A DNA stretch of 64,000 bases, taken from NCBI RefSeq assembly GCF_002113885.1, contig NW_018408567.1:1434233-1498232 (forward strand). Direction: 5' to 3'. The stretch comes from Mizuhopecten yessoensis. Its lineage: Eukaryota. The notes beneath the pieces are model-generated. The model was given only the letters and a program-made list of their open reading frames with translations. It was not told the DNA's origin and ran no database searches. A program made the position numbers and the translations under genes. Below are positions 51,349 to 64,000 of this stretch, piece by piece (the first letter of the stretch is position 1; every line of letters starts with the position of its first letter).

Positions 51349-53617
51349 ATCAGTATTGAACTAAAATCTTTGCAATATCTTGGTTGAATCCTTGCTGTGT
51401 GATGAACATGTATTGACTCTGATGTCTCTCCTGCCTAAATTGGAATATTCTTCATGACAATCGTCCAACAACATTATATATTTGTCTGTAGATACTACGT
51501 AGGAATGCTTACGTAAACGGCTCGACTCGTTAGACAATGTGAATAAGGCTACCTAGTTACTTAAATTATCCCATGTACATATTATAGATTCCAAAATCCC
51601 AGAGGTTGCGCTAAAAAAATATATGACATAAAACAAAATTCAATGAAATAATAAAAAAGCAGTCTGAAACGGAGGTTTTTACACCCTTATTGAAAGCGGC
51701 CAGCGTTTTTGATTTCCTGATGGTAAATTGGTTGCTTTTTACACAGTGCCTGCCACTTTTTTGACAGCTGTTACAAGAGAATATGTCCAATTGACAATTC
51801 GTGTCTCTCTTCAGTTACAGTAGATTACGTTCGATAGCCCTGGCTGGCTACATTGTAGTTTTGGAACTAGTCATAATGGTAAAGTTTCCAGTTGGGATGT
51901 TAGAACACTGCGTCGTTGTTAAAGTCGACGTTGGCAAAGAACCATACCATGGACTTTACGAGAACGAAGGGGCTACTTAAGGAGATATTGAGATAAGTAT
52001 CGCGGTGTTACCTGGTCTGCCTTCTCTGAACCTTAAATAAGTCTTCATGGGCGAAATGGCCATACGGACTTTAAGTGTCAATAAAGATGGTCATTGGTGT
52101 CCAAAACGTCAGTTTCCATTGGCAATGTTTTAGCCACGCCGTGTGTGTTTCTCGTGTTAAGTTAGTATTTCGCATTATGTGGTTACATTTATTTCAAAAG
52201 CCCAATTAAACCTTACATAGCTTTCTTTATAAGCTTTCTCTTTTCGATCGTATTTTTAGGAGAAACGCTCATTTTTAATATGACTACCACAACTACATTG
52301 TACATGTAAAAAAACACAAATCTCACTCAAGACTGATTGATCAACCCGCTAGGTATGAGATATATTGATTTGACATGTAGCAGACGACCGAATATAAAAT
52401 AATACTGTTTTGATTTATTTTGTATGCCATACACAACTGTTTGTTAAGCAGGATCTATTTTTTAGACAAGACTAGATCTGCTGTAAATTGGGGCGACCTG
52501 CAGCAAAGTCAATTCTGTATTTGCTATCAAACGAGCCATTTGGTCCTATACAACGTGCAAATCATTAAGTGTTTCTTCAGTTTTCTTATTCATAAAAGTA
52601 TTAAACAGCTTCATCCGAAACATAATTCCTGCTTTAATAATAACATATTAACTTTAAAAGTACAAATTAACAGAAAAAAATACAAATGTCATCAACACGA
52701 AATCTGCATACGGTATAAAAGTGTTTCAGGCGATATGTATACATGTAAAACACGCGCACCTAATTTCAATGACGGGTATGTTGATATTAAACACAGCGTA
52801 TACATTTATCATCCTACCATACAACTATCAAATATTTAGAAATATTTCTATTTTTGTCACATATTTATTTGTGTATTTACCTCTGTCCAGACTACTGTTG
52901 TGAGAAGCACTGACGCTAGTGACAAGCTTTCGCGAGATCAAATATAAGTGTAGGCGGTAATTTGGATATCAAAGAAAAACAACCAGATTTCTAAAGAAAA
53001 TGTCATAGATATCATTGCCGGAGACTTACACTGTCAAATAGAGTATCATGTTATTATGATATTCCACCTTAAGCTGTATCTCATGATGCAGTAGTTTTCT
53101 CGACACGTCGCGGTTGGTGGTTTTCCTTTGAAATAGTTTTTTTTATATGACTTTTAATAGAATAGATGATGGACGCAGGCAATGAGCGTAGCTGCCTTAG
53201 GCTCGAGTAGGTACGTGCCTACACATAATTTTGTGGATTTAAAAAAAAAATTAGTCGGCGTAAATACATAACATTGAAAAAGTGAATATGTGTTTTCACT
53301 AAAATAAAAGATTATACTATATCCAGGATGCTTTGTATAATAGGGGAAATCGCATTTTTAGCTCCAAAAGACCTTGTAACATATAAGTACAATACAACTT
53401 TCAAGCTGACATTAAACAATGATATTACTACAACCAACGGAGAATACGTTTCTTGTCCGGAAAATACGAAACATCAAAAGTTCTGAGACCAAATCAGAGG
53501 ATCCGCCTTGCATTGAAACTGTCTTGTCTTCCGAGGCTACGCAAAATAAGGCGCCATTCTTAAATTCAATGCCCACTCTACCCCGATGTGGTTCGCATGT
53601 GATATCAGTCGGAGCAA

Positions 53618-53851
53618 TAGGGACATGAGAATTTGTTTCAGCTACATTTGGACCTAAACTAAAGTGTTCAGAGTAATTTTACACGTTTTAGGGGTTTGGG
53701 TAAAAATGTAACCCCCAGACTCATATATATATATCATCATTGGGGGCGGCATTTTTACCGAAAATTGATCAAAATCCCCAAAACATGTAAAAATATTCTG
53801 CACCCCTTAGTTTATGTCCAAATATAGCTGTAACAAATGCTGATGTCCCTG
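53618..53851. mobile_element. Foldback MITE
   Basis: agggacat...atgtccct with ~100-bp imperfect inverted arms around a (ta)n centre. Confidence 0.65.
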
Positions 53852-54339
53852 TGAGTCGGAGGTAGGCTAGCAGATTATGACAAGGTGGCAATTTAGAACT
53901 AAGCATGCTTGATAACGAATTTAACCATACCTATTCACTTCGAAAGACGAAATACAAGCTACTCACGCTTCTCTTTTACAATCTTTCCGACTACCCATTA
54001 ATGATAAGGATGGACTCCGGAATTTCACCAGAATCCTTATGAATAACGATTTATCGCGGGCTCATCTTGTTACTCAACCAAGACTTCATGCAAACTTAGT
54101 ACAATTTAAACAGGCTTACAGTCGTATTGTAACTCTGTATACTCGGTAAGTGGAATAATTTGAATATGGAATTTGAAGATGAACAATCTTGAAAATTCTC
54201 TTCTAAAAAATGTTTCTTCTATCGAGCTTTATACTTAACGACCCTTTACACTAGCATTCTTTATACCAAACAGAAGGAACGTCTTCCTTTTTTCTTTTTA
54301 CGACAGGTTTCTTTTCAAAAAGAAGGGCAAACAGCGATA

Positions 54340-54790
54340 AAAAAAAGTTGGAAATAATTGTTGCCCATATTTTGTGAAAAGCACCACAAAGGCTAGAACA
54401 AATGATTGAGTACCTGGTTGAGTTCTTTATTAAGTCCGGTGGCAAGACTTTCAGTTTAACATTCAAATATTTCAACAATATGCTGTCTTTAATATACCCT
54501 CCCGAGCTTGAAATTAATGTTACTACAGGCATTTCTACCTCAGTCACTTCATCATTATAACATAGATGTAGAGTGCTGACGGACTAAGTTACAATACAGG
54601 GTTTTCAAAGATGCAGCTTAATGAAGACTATTGGCAAGATTGTGTGATATGGAGATGGATGTTGTTGATTATGCTCATCATTGTTGTTTTGTTGTCCCTA
54701 ACCCAGTTCTCGTTTAATGGACGTAGCATATCTTGGATTTGACCTATATTTAATTCGGAAGATACTTACCCTTCCTGAACAGCTGGTTTT
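54340..54790 (+). mobile_element. Penelope-like RT remnant
   Basis: FNNMLSLIYPPELEINVTTGISTSVT resembles the PLE IYP.ELEIK.TT motif. Confidence 0.45.
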
Positions 54791-55429
54791 ATTTTCATTG
54801 TATTTTTACAAGGGTCTTCATGCCTTTGTTCACATTTTGCCCTCGTTTTATCGATTTTTAGTTCTCCCTTTGTTTACGCTACGGTGTTCTCTTTTTTATT
54901 TCAAGAACCTCTCTCCCACCAATAAGAATTTAAATTAAGTTTATAGATATTTTAATATAAACTAGCGATAATATTGTCGTCAGTGGAAATTAGTTTGAAA
55001 CTCCTGCTAAAATTCTAACATTAACTTTTACCACTCATTCATATACAATTTCGTACTTTCTGTATATTTAATCATAAAACGCACTGATAAACTTATCAAT
55101 TGATTTTATTAAACTTAAAAACTGCTGTCGTTGACCTGGAAAAAAGCAGCATATTTTTCAGCAAAGTGCCTACACAAGATGTATATCCCAGCTACACCCC
55201 TGCATGCATGCTCATATAATATAATTTTAGTTTAAAAATCACTCCCGTTGTTATATTAGTAGCTTTAGCTAGGTGATTCAATTTCCGTTCAAGACGTCCC
55301 CAATGATTGTCCAAACTAATTTCACAGTCTTAAATTGTTGTAGCCTGTATGACCGACTAAGGAACATTGTTCCATATATCAACAGCTCTGTAGCCAAATG
55401 ACTGTTTCCTGGTATCTAGATGTTCTAGA

Positions 55430-55720
55430 TGTTGAATCTTGATCGTAGAGAGGAAGTTGTCCTCTCTTGGCTCCGTACTGGGAACACACATATATATATC
55501 CTACTCATTCGTACCTTTCAAAACGAGAAGATCAACCTTCATGCCACGCATGTGACACTCCATTTACAGTGGAACATTTTTAATAGAATGTGTCGATTTG
55601 AAACACATTCGTGATAATTACTTTCGAGTCCCGGATATGAAAACTCTTTTCAGTTCCGTGGACTCGAAGGCATTATTTAACTATTTGAAAGCCATTGGTC
55701 TATATTCTATATACTCTGAT
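55430..55720 (+). mobile_element. LINE (I/Nimb-like) ORF2 C-terminal fragment
   Basis: RREEVVLSWLRTG.TH...CHACDTPFTVEHF.IEC (CCHC knuckle)...LFNYLKAIGLY, with frameshifts. Confidence 0.7.
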
Positions 55721-56599
55721 GTCTTTTAACTCACCTTACCCTCTTTGACGTTATACGACATATGTATCACATAGTCCATATAATGATATAATCGTTATGA
55801 TAATATCTCTTTTATCAGTGAACCCCCGTTTTTTTTTATATTTTAATATCTACACATACAATGCAAATGCTTTTAAAAATATTCTTTTCTATCTGATTTT
55901 ATCTTCGCTACTCGATCACATGTTTGTTTAAAAAAATAGATAGATAAACAAGCGTTTCAATATGTAATTATTGATTCGTCAATGACCTATCCGGTGACGG
56001 GCGATGACGGCAAAATGGTACTGAATGTCAATGAAAAGCCAATTCTCCAACCAGTCCGAGAAATAATAAGATTGCAGCACTATGTTCTGTTGTTTTTTCC
56101 AGTCCTGATTCATTGGTTTAGGAAACTATCTGTTATTCCTGTTGAATTAACTTACACTGCAAATTTTCTTTGTATTTTTGTTGCTGTTTTTCTTAAATTA
56201 TCATTTTGTTGTGTTTTTAATGAGCGGAATACCGTAGCGCTATGGCCGATGATAAGAAAAAAATCATCATTTCTGTTGCACATAAGGTTGTGTACTCGCC
56301 TTAGACATGAACATTGGACTCTGACGGCAGATTAAAATGTAGTCTGCTTAGAGCTTAGACCTAAATCAGTCCTGGTCCTATCTTATTATAAACCGTTTTT
56401 CTAAAAACTGGTTCGGATCCAGCAGTGGGAAGGAGATGAATTCTGGAGAAATATAATCTAAATACTAATTATAGCAGTTCGCGGAAATTCCAATCATGAT
56501 CTCTGGATCCTACCAGTAATGTATGGAAAACATCCAAAGGGTTACGAATGTTTCGTTTACAGAAAATCTGACGCTTCAGGGAATTCCATTCATCTATTT

Positions 56600-56706
56600 T
56601 TATGGGCCAATCAAAACGTTTAGAAGTTATATTTAGGAATCGAGCTCGAGGGTGGCCATCTTTTCAGATGACAGTCTTCTCTGGGTCCGTCTTCTCTCGG
56701 TGAGTA
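56600..56706 (+). promoter_or_regulatory. Putative promoter and non-coding first exon of the downstream gene
   Basis: CCAAT at 56607; YY1-like GCCATCTT at 56655; strong donor cg|GTGAGT at 56700. Confidence 0.4.
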
Positions 56707-57239
56707 ACATTAGATATATTTATTTTTTGTATTCTGTAAATTAATGTTTCATAATAACCATTTTCTAATCCTGGTTCACGTACACATGATTATATACTTG
56801 ATCAATGATGCATCCGTTCATGACAACACCTGAAAAATCCGCTTCAATCCATAGCATGTCATACTGATCCAGTAGGCCTAGGTCTCACGCAGATCATGTG
56901 ACATAATGTCAATCACAATTAAGTACAGAAGACACTTGTATTTGCTTGCTAGCTGTAAAAAAATAATAATCCGCATTTCTAACATTGTTAGTTTTTGTTT
57001 GTTTCGCAGTAAAACTGTGTATCGATATATATATATATATACGCCTCTCCATCCTCAACAGAATAGTAGCTAATGTAGGGCCTATCGTGTGTCATTAATT
57101 GTGTCTTCAAGTTTAATACTATGTAACATTGAATTGAGATATGAATGAATGAAGTATATGTTGTCAGCGCTGTGTGGTACAATATGTGTATTGTATGTTG
57201 ATACTGATGATGTACATGTGTATTGTCAAAAAGACAACA

Positions 57240-57900
57240 GTTTGGTTTTAGTTTGGTTTTAAAGGGTTTAACATCTTATTAACAGCTGAGGTAATTTAAG
57301 GATGTACCGCCACAGGTGCACGTGTGAATGTGTGCTGGAGGCAGGCTATGTTAGTGTATTTGCCTCCTTGCGGATTATGAGTGCAGAATTCTGATGCCAA
57401 GTGTATAGTGCTATCTCACTGAAATACCATGCTGAAGGCCCCAGTGTAGCATTCCATCCGGTCACATTATACTGACAAGGGGTTAACCAGTTGTTGCCAT
57501 TCCCCTAAATGCTGAACATTAAGCAAAAAAGAACAACTTCCATTTTTAAAGACTTATTTGGTATATTGTTTCGGCATGGGGACAGAGTTAAGCCATTGCT
57601 CTCCTCCGAAGTGACCGCATGAACTATTCAACGCGTTGAATCTAGAGTCAGAAGTGAGGTATTGCCGAGCAAGGCAATATAAAACAAAAGGTAGTTAGAA
57701 GAAGAGGAAAGTATATATATAAAGATCCCAAATGTTGTATTAGCTAGGTGCAACCGATTTATCATGGTCGCTTTGGTGTCCCCTTAGAAGGTAGCCCAAG
57801 CACAAATGCAAATCCTCAGTTCTGCAGGGGGTTTCCACATTAGTTGCCCCTTATAGAATGCAGTGTGTACATACAACAGCAGGTGTATACTGAATTTCAC
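57240..57900 (-). mobile_element. SINE; related fragments at 14281-14345 and 31310-31550
   Basis: (aaacc)n-type tail and shared body (gtgtgctgga.gca...atgctgaa...agc...aacaac; ttagttgcc). Confidence 0.55.
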
Positions 57901-58169
57901 AATCTCCAACCTGTATGGGTGGAGCATGTATACGTTGACGAACTACTCCAATAGTGTAAGTTATACACTACAAGATATTTTTGACAGGTGCCTACTCCCC
58001 ATATTTTCTAGGTCTTCTTTCAGAAATACTCCACGATGAGGTCATGAACCCAAGTTAACTAAGGCATTCCATTACAATCAATGGAGAGGGTCATGGCACA
58101 AATCTATAATACAACTAAATAGCAAAATATACAGAATATTGACAGTGCTGGGTGATATTATATATATAT

Positions 58170-58262
58170 TTAACTCAGTTCACCCCAGTGAAATTTCATA
58201 ATGAACTATTCCAACCTTTGAATTGGAAGAGTTCAAATGTATCTTCAGGGGTAAATGAGTTG
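58170..58262. mobile_element. ~90-bp TTAA-type mini-MITE; second copy at ~60260-60350
   Basis: ttaactcagttcacccc...ggggtaaatgagtt; the internal sequence is near-identical between the two copies. Confidence 0.6.
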
Positions 58263-58874
58263 GTGACAGTACAAACATGTACTGAGTGATATAGCATATA
58301 GTATTGTACTTAATAATCAGCACTAGAGCTCCTACAGGATGTCAAGTAATTAATTATGTAGAGCGACTTCCTGGTACATTGATCTGTTCGGTATATTTGT
58401 ATAGAAGTCACGTATAGGAGCTCGAGTTGTAAGTTAGGAGACATGTATTTATTGCAAACATGTATCACGGTGGGAGACTACTTCATATTTCAAACTCTAG
58501 GTTTTCACTGTTTTCATACTCTATAGTGCTTCCTAAATAATACATTGACATTGATAGATTCTTATTTATGTCTTCTGTCATGATAAAATTGCTTGTCTCT
58601 TGAGTTCTTTTTTTGACAGCAGCATAACATCTGTTTGTATTAGATGATTGTTGAGGTATGTGGAAATGTTTGGGTAGCACAAGTTTCTGTGGCCTAAGGA
58701 AGATCTAAGGTGCAATGGGTGAGGGAAGATCTAGTGTCCGATACTATACATATGAGACATGGTATGTTCTACCCGTCGGCTATGGTGGTAACTTCGGGAC
58801 AAGTGGGGTCGTATCGGGGGCAACAGCACGGTACATCCTAGGCTAAATGTGATTAGCCATTGAACAGCCAGCAT

Positions 58875-59690
58875 CGAGTGAGTTGTTTGGAGAAAATCTA
58901 TTCAGCTAGTTGTGTGAGGATAGATCTGGTGAATGAGTTGTGTGAGGGAAGATCTTGTTAGTCAGTTGTTTGAGGGAAGATCTGATTAATGAGTTTTGTG
59001 AGGGAAGATCACTTGAATAAGTTGTGTGAGGAAAGATCTGATAATGAGTTGTGTGAGTGAAGATCACTTGAATAAGTTGTGTGAGGAAAGATCTGATAAT
59101 GAGTTGTGTGAGGGAAGATCTCTTGAATCAGTTGTGTGAGGGAAGTTCCGATGATTAAGTTGTATGAGGGAAGATCTGATGAATGAGTTGTTTGAGGGAA
59201 GATCTGGTGGATGAGTTGTTTGAGGGAAGATCTGTTTGATGAGTTGTTTGAGGGAAGATCTGGTGGATGAGTTGTGTAAGGGAAGATCTGATGAATGAGT
59301 TGTGTTAGGGAAGACCTTGTAAGTTAGCTGTTTGAGGGAATATATATATATATAATGATGAGTCAGTGTTGTAAGGGAAGGGAAGATCTTGTGAGTTAGG
59401 TGTGTGAAGGAAGGTCTATTTAGTCAGTTGTGTTATGTAAGATCTTGTGAGTTGTGTCAGTAAAGATCTGGTTAATGAGTTGAATTGGGTGAGGAAAGGG
59501 AAGATCTAGTGAGTTAGATGTGTGTGGAATATCTAGTGAGTAAGTCGGATGGTGAAAATCAAGTGAGTTGTGAGGGAAGATCTTACTACGAGAGAGTTGT
59601 ATCAGAAAGATCTGATGAGTGAGGTCCATGTGAGAAAGGATCTAGCGAGTAGGTTGGGTGAGGGAAAACCAGGTGAGTGACTTGGATGGG
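58875..59690. repeat. ~28-bp minisatellite
   Basis: (gagggaagatctgatgaatgagttgtgt)n, degenerating toward both ends. Confidence 0.9.
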
Positions 59691-59899
59691 AACAGACATT
59701 TATAAGTCTTCTTTTTATTAATGTTTTCCATTTTTCTTTTTCTTTTTTTGCACTGCTAGATTTTGGAACTACATTCAATATTATTATTGCTGATGATAAG
59801 AACCTGTACAGATTGATTGGACAAGATACAAATTGTACCTGAAGCTGATGTAAGTTGTGTCCGTTTGACATCAGAAAGTGGCATTGCCTTGGGAGAGAC

Positions 59900-61909
59900 A
59901 TGGCTGATGCAGAAATGATGGAGGGAAATATATTGCCATGTGCTTATGTGGTGGAACTAATAAAGACAGACCCAACACTAAATAAGAAGTGGACTGAGTT
60001 GTACTCATTCAAAGACGAGATTAAAAGGCTACGCTTGCGATGCGAAGACTTTCTAGCAGAAGATCATTGCTGGTAAGATAGATATTTGCAAAGGTCATAT
60101 AATGAGAAACAAAAACCAGTAATCATGGAACAGTTCTTGTGCTCAAACACAAATTCTGTGCTCAAGCCCAATTTCTTGCCCCAGAAACTAATAAATGAAA
60201 AATCATATTTCGTCAACATTTTTGGAAGATTTTGGAGAGAATTCAAGACGCATTCTGTTTTAATTCATTCAGCTCTGAAATTTCATAATGAACTATTCCA
60301 ACCTTTGAATTGGAAGAGGTCAAATGTGTTTTCAGGGGTAAATGAGTTTAATGTTCACACTTTACTATCTGACCTTATCACATGATATAAGCAAAGTTAC
60401 AAGAAAGTTGGTTTGAGCACAAAATCTGTTCTTGAGTATGAGAATGATTTCATGAATACTGGCCCAGGTATTTAACTTGTAATGGTTGGTGATCTTAAAG
60501 GAATGATTTAGTGAAGTAAGTTGTTTTGATTACCTGAAAATCGAGTCGACACTGAAAATATATATTTCCTAACAAAAGTTTATGTAGTTGATAATGACAT
60601 GACCTGAAGCCAACGTCCAATGAGGTCAGTTTCATCTGATAAAAATAGGTACGACAGAAATAGCACAATTTAATATATCCGGGGCTTTCAGTGTACAGCA
60701 CAATTTACACAATACATCGTGGGAAAGAATTATAAGTAGCATGATATATATACTTCTTATCACATATTTCTGTTCACATTTGGATTTGAATAAAAACGAA
60801 CAGGTTCAATTAGAGCATGCACACATTGAGAGGGTCCTACTGGGAGAATTTCAAACCGCAGAAAGTATGATATCAATAGGGTTAAACATAAAACAGATCA
60901 CTCATTTATAACGATGTTTTAGATGCTGTTGGAAGATGATTTTGATTCAGAATATATGCATATACTTGTATTCAGAGAGGCTAGGCAAATAAAGCGAGAA
61001 GTTACCTTCTCTCCCCGGCTGAAAAGACATTTTTGTTAGCTAGAAGTTCACAGACAGCTGGTGCTAAAATGTACGGCTGTACAGTTAAAGATTTCTCCGT
61101 TACTGATTAAAAATGCCAAGAAAACATTTTCTCTTACCCTGGACAGGTGTATCCGCACTTTTACCGGTGTGAGATTTCCTTGTCTCACCCTAGGGTTGAT
61201 ACGGGGGGATTCCCCTATTCATAACAATGGTATGAGGTCACTTCAGCAATACAATGACGTCACATCAACAATTCATCAACGTCACGTCAACCATGAATTT
61301 AGCATGTAACATTATCATTACATTGTGTATATGACACACATTGGGAGAACAGAGGAAGAGAAAAAGAATCATTCACCCCCTTGTGGGTAAGTTAGGGGAA
61401 TCTCAACCCTCAGTGAAAGATTCTTAAGTTGCCAAACATTCGGCAAAGCCTCGTGTTTTGCAACATAAGAATCTTCCCCCTTGGGTTGAGATTCCCCTAT
61501 CTCACCCCAAGATTCTATTAGTCTCTTGTCAATTTCTCGACATGAATTGTTCATAGGGAGTATTAAACTATATAATCATGGAGAGTTTTGTGACAAAGTT
61601 ATAAAAAAAACTTGCTTCACTAAATTGTCCCTTTAATATTTAATTTTTAAACTTTTAAATAAATCTATTTCCAAAATCCTGTTCATTGTTTTTTATTCTC
61701 AAACAAGGAAGATAAAGCATGAAGTACGTATAATATATAATTCTGTTTATAGGAACCAGGCCTTGAAGGCGTATGAAGAGAGATCCTGGCAAACAGATGG
61801 GCAAACTTCAGAAATGCTCTACAAACTCTTGATTAGATCCTACCACGACAAGTGTCAAAACAATACTGCAGATGGCATCATCATTTCTGGAGATTTGACT
61901 GCTCTGCAG
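59900..61909 (+). CDS. First two coding exons of an unidentified gene that probably continues beyond the window
   Basis: Exon 59900-60072 (MADAEMMEGNILPC...EDHCW, tg|gtaaga) splices in phase 2 to exon 61753-61909 (NQALKAYEE...GDLTALQ|gtatgc). Confidence 0.65.
60870..61525. mobile_element. Crypton-like non-autonomous element
   Basis: Hairpin aggggaatctcaaccc...gggttgagattcccct (61394-61498) around cggcaaagcctcg. Confidence 0.45.
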
Positions 61910-61959
61910 GTATGCCTCCCCGTTAACATTTTACATTTTCAACTTAAGCTGAAATACTT

Positions 61960-62896
61960 ATAGGCCACGACTGCCATTTTGAAAAACTATTTCGAACTTA
62001 ATGTCAAGTTCTGCTGGGCCGATTGAACTGAAACTTTGTAGGAATGATCCACTTAAAGTCCTGACAAAGTGTTGTTATATTTCGGGTCAAACAGAAATCC
62101 AATATGGCTGATACGGCCGTCATTTTGAAAAAATATTTCAAACTTAAAGTCAAGTTCTTCTGTGGCGATTGAACTGAAACTTAATAGGAATGGTTGACTC
62201 AAGGTCCTGACAAAGTGTTGTTATTTTTCGGGTCAATCAGAAATCCAATATGGCCGACACGGTGGCCATTTTGAAAAACTATTTCAAACTTGTAGTCGAT
62301 TTCTGCTGGGCCGATTGAATTGAAACTTGGTAGGAAAGATTGACTCATGGTCCTGACAAAGTATTGTTATTTTTCGGGTCAATCAGAAATCCAATATGGC
62401 CACCACGGCGTCATTTTGAAAAACTATTTTAAACTTATAGTCAAGTTCTGCTAGGCAGATTGAACTGAAACTTTGTAGGAATGATTGACTCATGGTCCTG
62501 ACAATGTGTTGTTATTTTTCGGGCCGATCAGAAATCCAATATGGCCGACATAGCCGCCATTTTGAAAAACTATTTCAAACTTAAAGTCAAGTTCTGCTGG
62601 GCCGATTGAACTGAAACTTGGTAGGAATGATCGACTCATGGTCCTGACAAAGTGTTGTTATTTCTCTGATTGATCAGAAATCCAATATGGCTGCCATGGC
62701 CGCTATTTTGAAAACAACTTTTTCAAACTTAAAAACAAGTTCTAATAGGCCGATTTAACTGAAACACGGTCTAGGAATGATCAGCTCATGGTCCTGACAA
62801 ACTTAAGGTAACGTTATACTTAACTATTTTTTACTCATATTGGTACATATTTCAACAACAAAAATAAATACTGTTAAGGCCCATGGGCCTCTTGTT
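61960..62896 (+). mobile_element. Helentron-type non-autonomous element (HINE/pearl-like) with ~146-bp satellite array, ~5.7 copies
   Basis: Units start near 61975, 62121, 62267, 62412, 62557 and 62703; 3' palindrome AGGCCCATGGGCCT followed by cttgtt. Confidence 0.75.
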
Positions 62897-64000
62897 AGTG
62901 TTCTAAGATCCTCATCCCACTGTCAGAAACTGTAACTACAATTATTGGAAACTGTTTTTTCCCATCATGACTATGGTTTTAATAGATCATTTCTGAAAAA
63001 AACCCCAAACCTTGTGGGACTTTTCCGAGATATCATTTAGATGAAATAAACAAAATATAATCAACAACAGTGTTCTGAGCGTAAAATACATTCGGGGCTA
63101 GACCGGGGTTTGAACCCTTGATATTAGATTGTTATATTATTGCACTTACTAATTTAGCTACCTGACAGATGGAAATTTCCTTGCTGAACTGTGCTACAGT
63201 TAAATCCAAATAGAAGTTAAAGGGAGGTTACTGTAAAAATGAGAAACATATTACACCTCTGTTTGTATTACTGTATAACGAACAGCAATAGTAAAAAATT
63301 GTGACTTATCAAAACAAGACAATAAGGTTGATTACCTTGAAAGATTGAGGGGGGATCTGAACTGTCACCAGTGGGAACTATTCATGTGGCTTATTACTTA
63401 TGAACATCGATCATCAAAAGTCTATAATTGTATAATATTGTTTTACACAGTACAGCTCCTTCTTATCTAAATGCTTGCCTCATAATAGATTAAGACCTAT
63501 GAAGAGTTTTATTGTCTTACATCTAAAGTTGTGTTTGCAGAAGATTTGTTGAACTGCAATAACATTTGATTTATGATAATTTCAAATCTGTTATCGTAGG
63601 AAAAGTACGAGGGAAAGCATTCAGACCTGATTATGGACCTATTGGAGTGTTTGAATGGGGAGAGACAACTGCTGCTACCTGGGAGTCAAGTAAGGATTTA
63701 GCTTGTCACGTTGTAGTCCACAGTGCAGAAAATAGGCAGTGTAATGACTTATTAGTCCCCCACCGGTTCCTGTTTTACACTCCGTCCGTCTGTCATTAAA
63801 TATAGCAGTTGTCATGCTAACCCACAGTAAATCTATGTAATGGTTGACAGAAATTGTTTTAAGTGTCCTGAAAAATGTTAAGCACACTTAGTGACTGCCA
63901 ATTCCGAATCCTGAATTTAAAAACTAATTTAAAATTGTGTTAATTTTTTTTTCTCAGTCTAGATTTAAGAATGTGATCAATCAATCATTATACTGTAATA

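Noticed and set aside
61960-62800. Regular repeat arrays (also 19225-19880, 32275-32560, 58875-59690) as CRISPR
   Set aside because: No unique spacers, no cas genes, and a eukaryotic context; these are plain tandem repeats.
63595-63680. RecQ helicase fragment (GKAFRPDYGPIG), possibly from AcademH
   Set aside because: A single short motif with no flanking helicase motifs; insufficient support.

Overview
AT-rich, intron-rich eukaryotic DNA, probably a bivalve mollusc (inferred from the repeat types), with one N-gap at 12607-12763. Genes, reconstructed by hand from splice sites and reading frame: (1) a small minus-strand gene at 2799-3323 ending in a CaaX box and interrupted by one in-frame TGA, set among duplicated flanking segments; (2) a minus-strand STAND-type P-loop NTPase + TPR (NLR-like) gene at ~9831-19160 with a GC-AG intron, two apparent 1-bp frameshifts and a 15-aa Ser/Glu repeat tail; (3) a decayed, 3'-truncated SLC5 sodium:solute symporter pseudogene at ~28600-32318 (+); (4) an intact 9-exon, 369-aa PhyH-family Fe(II)/2-oxoglutarate dioxygenase at 33663-47107 (-); (5) the first coding exons of an unidentified gene at 59900-61909 (+). 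Intron 1 of the dioxygenase holds a 6.3-kb decayed AcademX DNA transposon (TAG...CTA ends; transposase, XPG-like nuclease, Cys8 finger). Both ends of the transposon carry dense clusters of near-consensus CTCF motifs, the most striking unexplained signal in the window. The rest is MITEs, Crypton-like elements, a Helentron-type satellite array, SINE/LINE/Penelope fragments and minisatellites, two of which arise directly from exon-intron junctions. No database searches were run; family calls rest on motif recognition.
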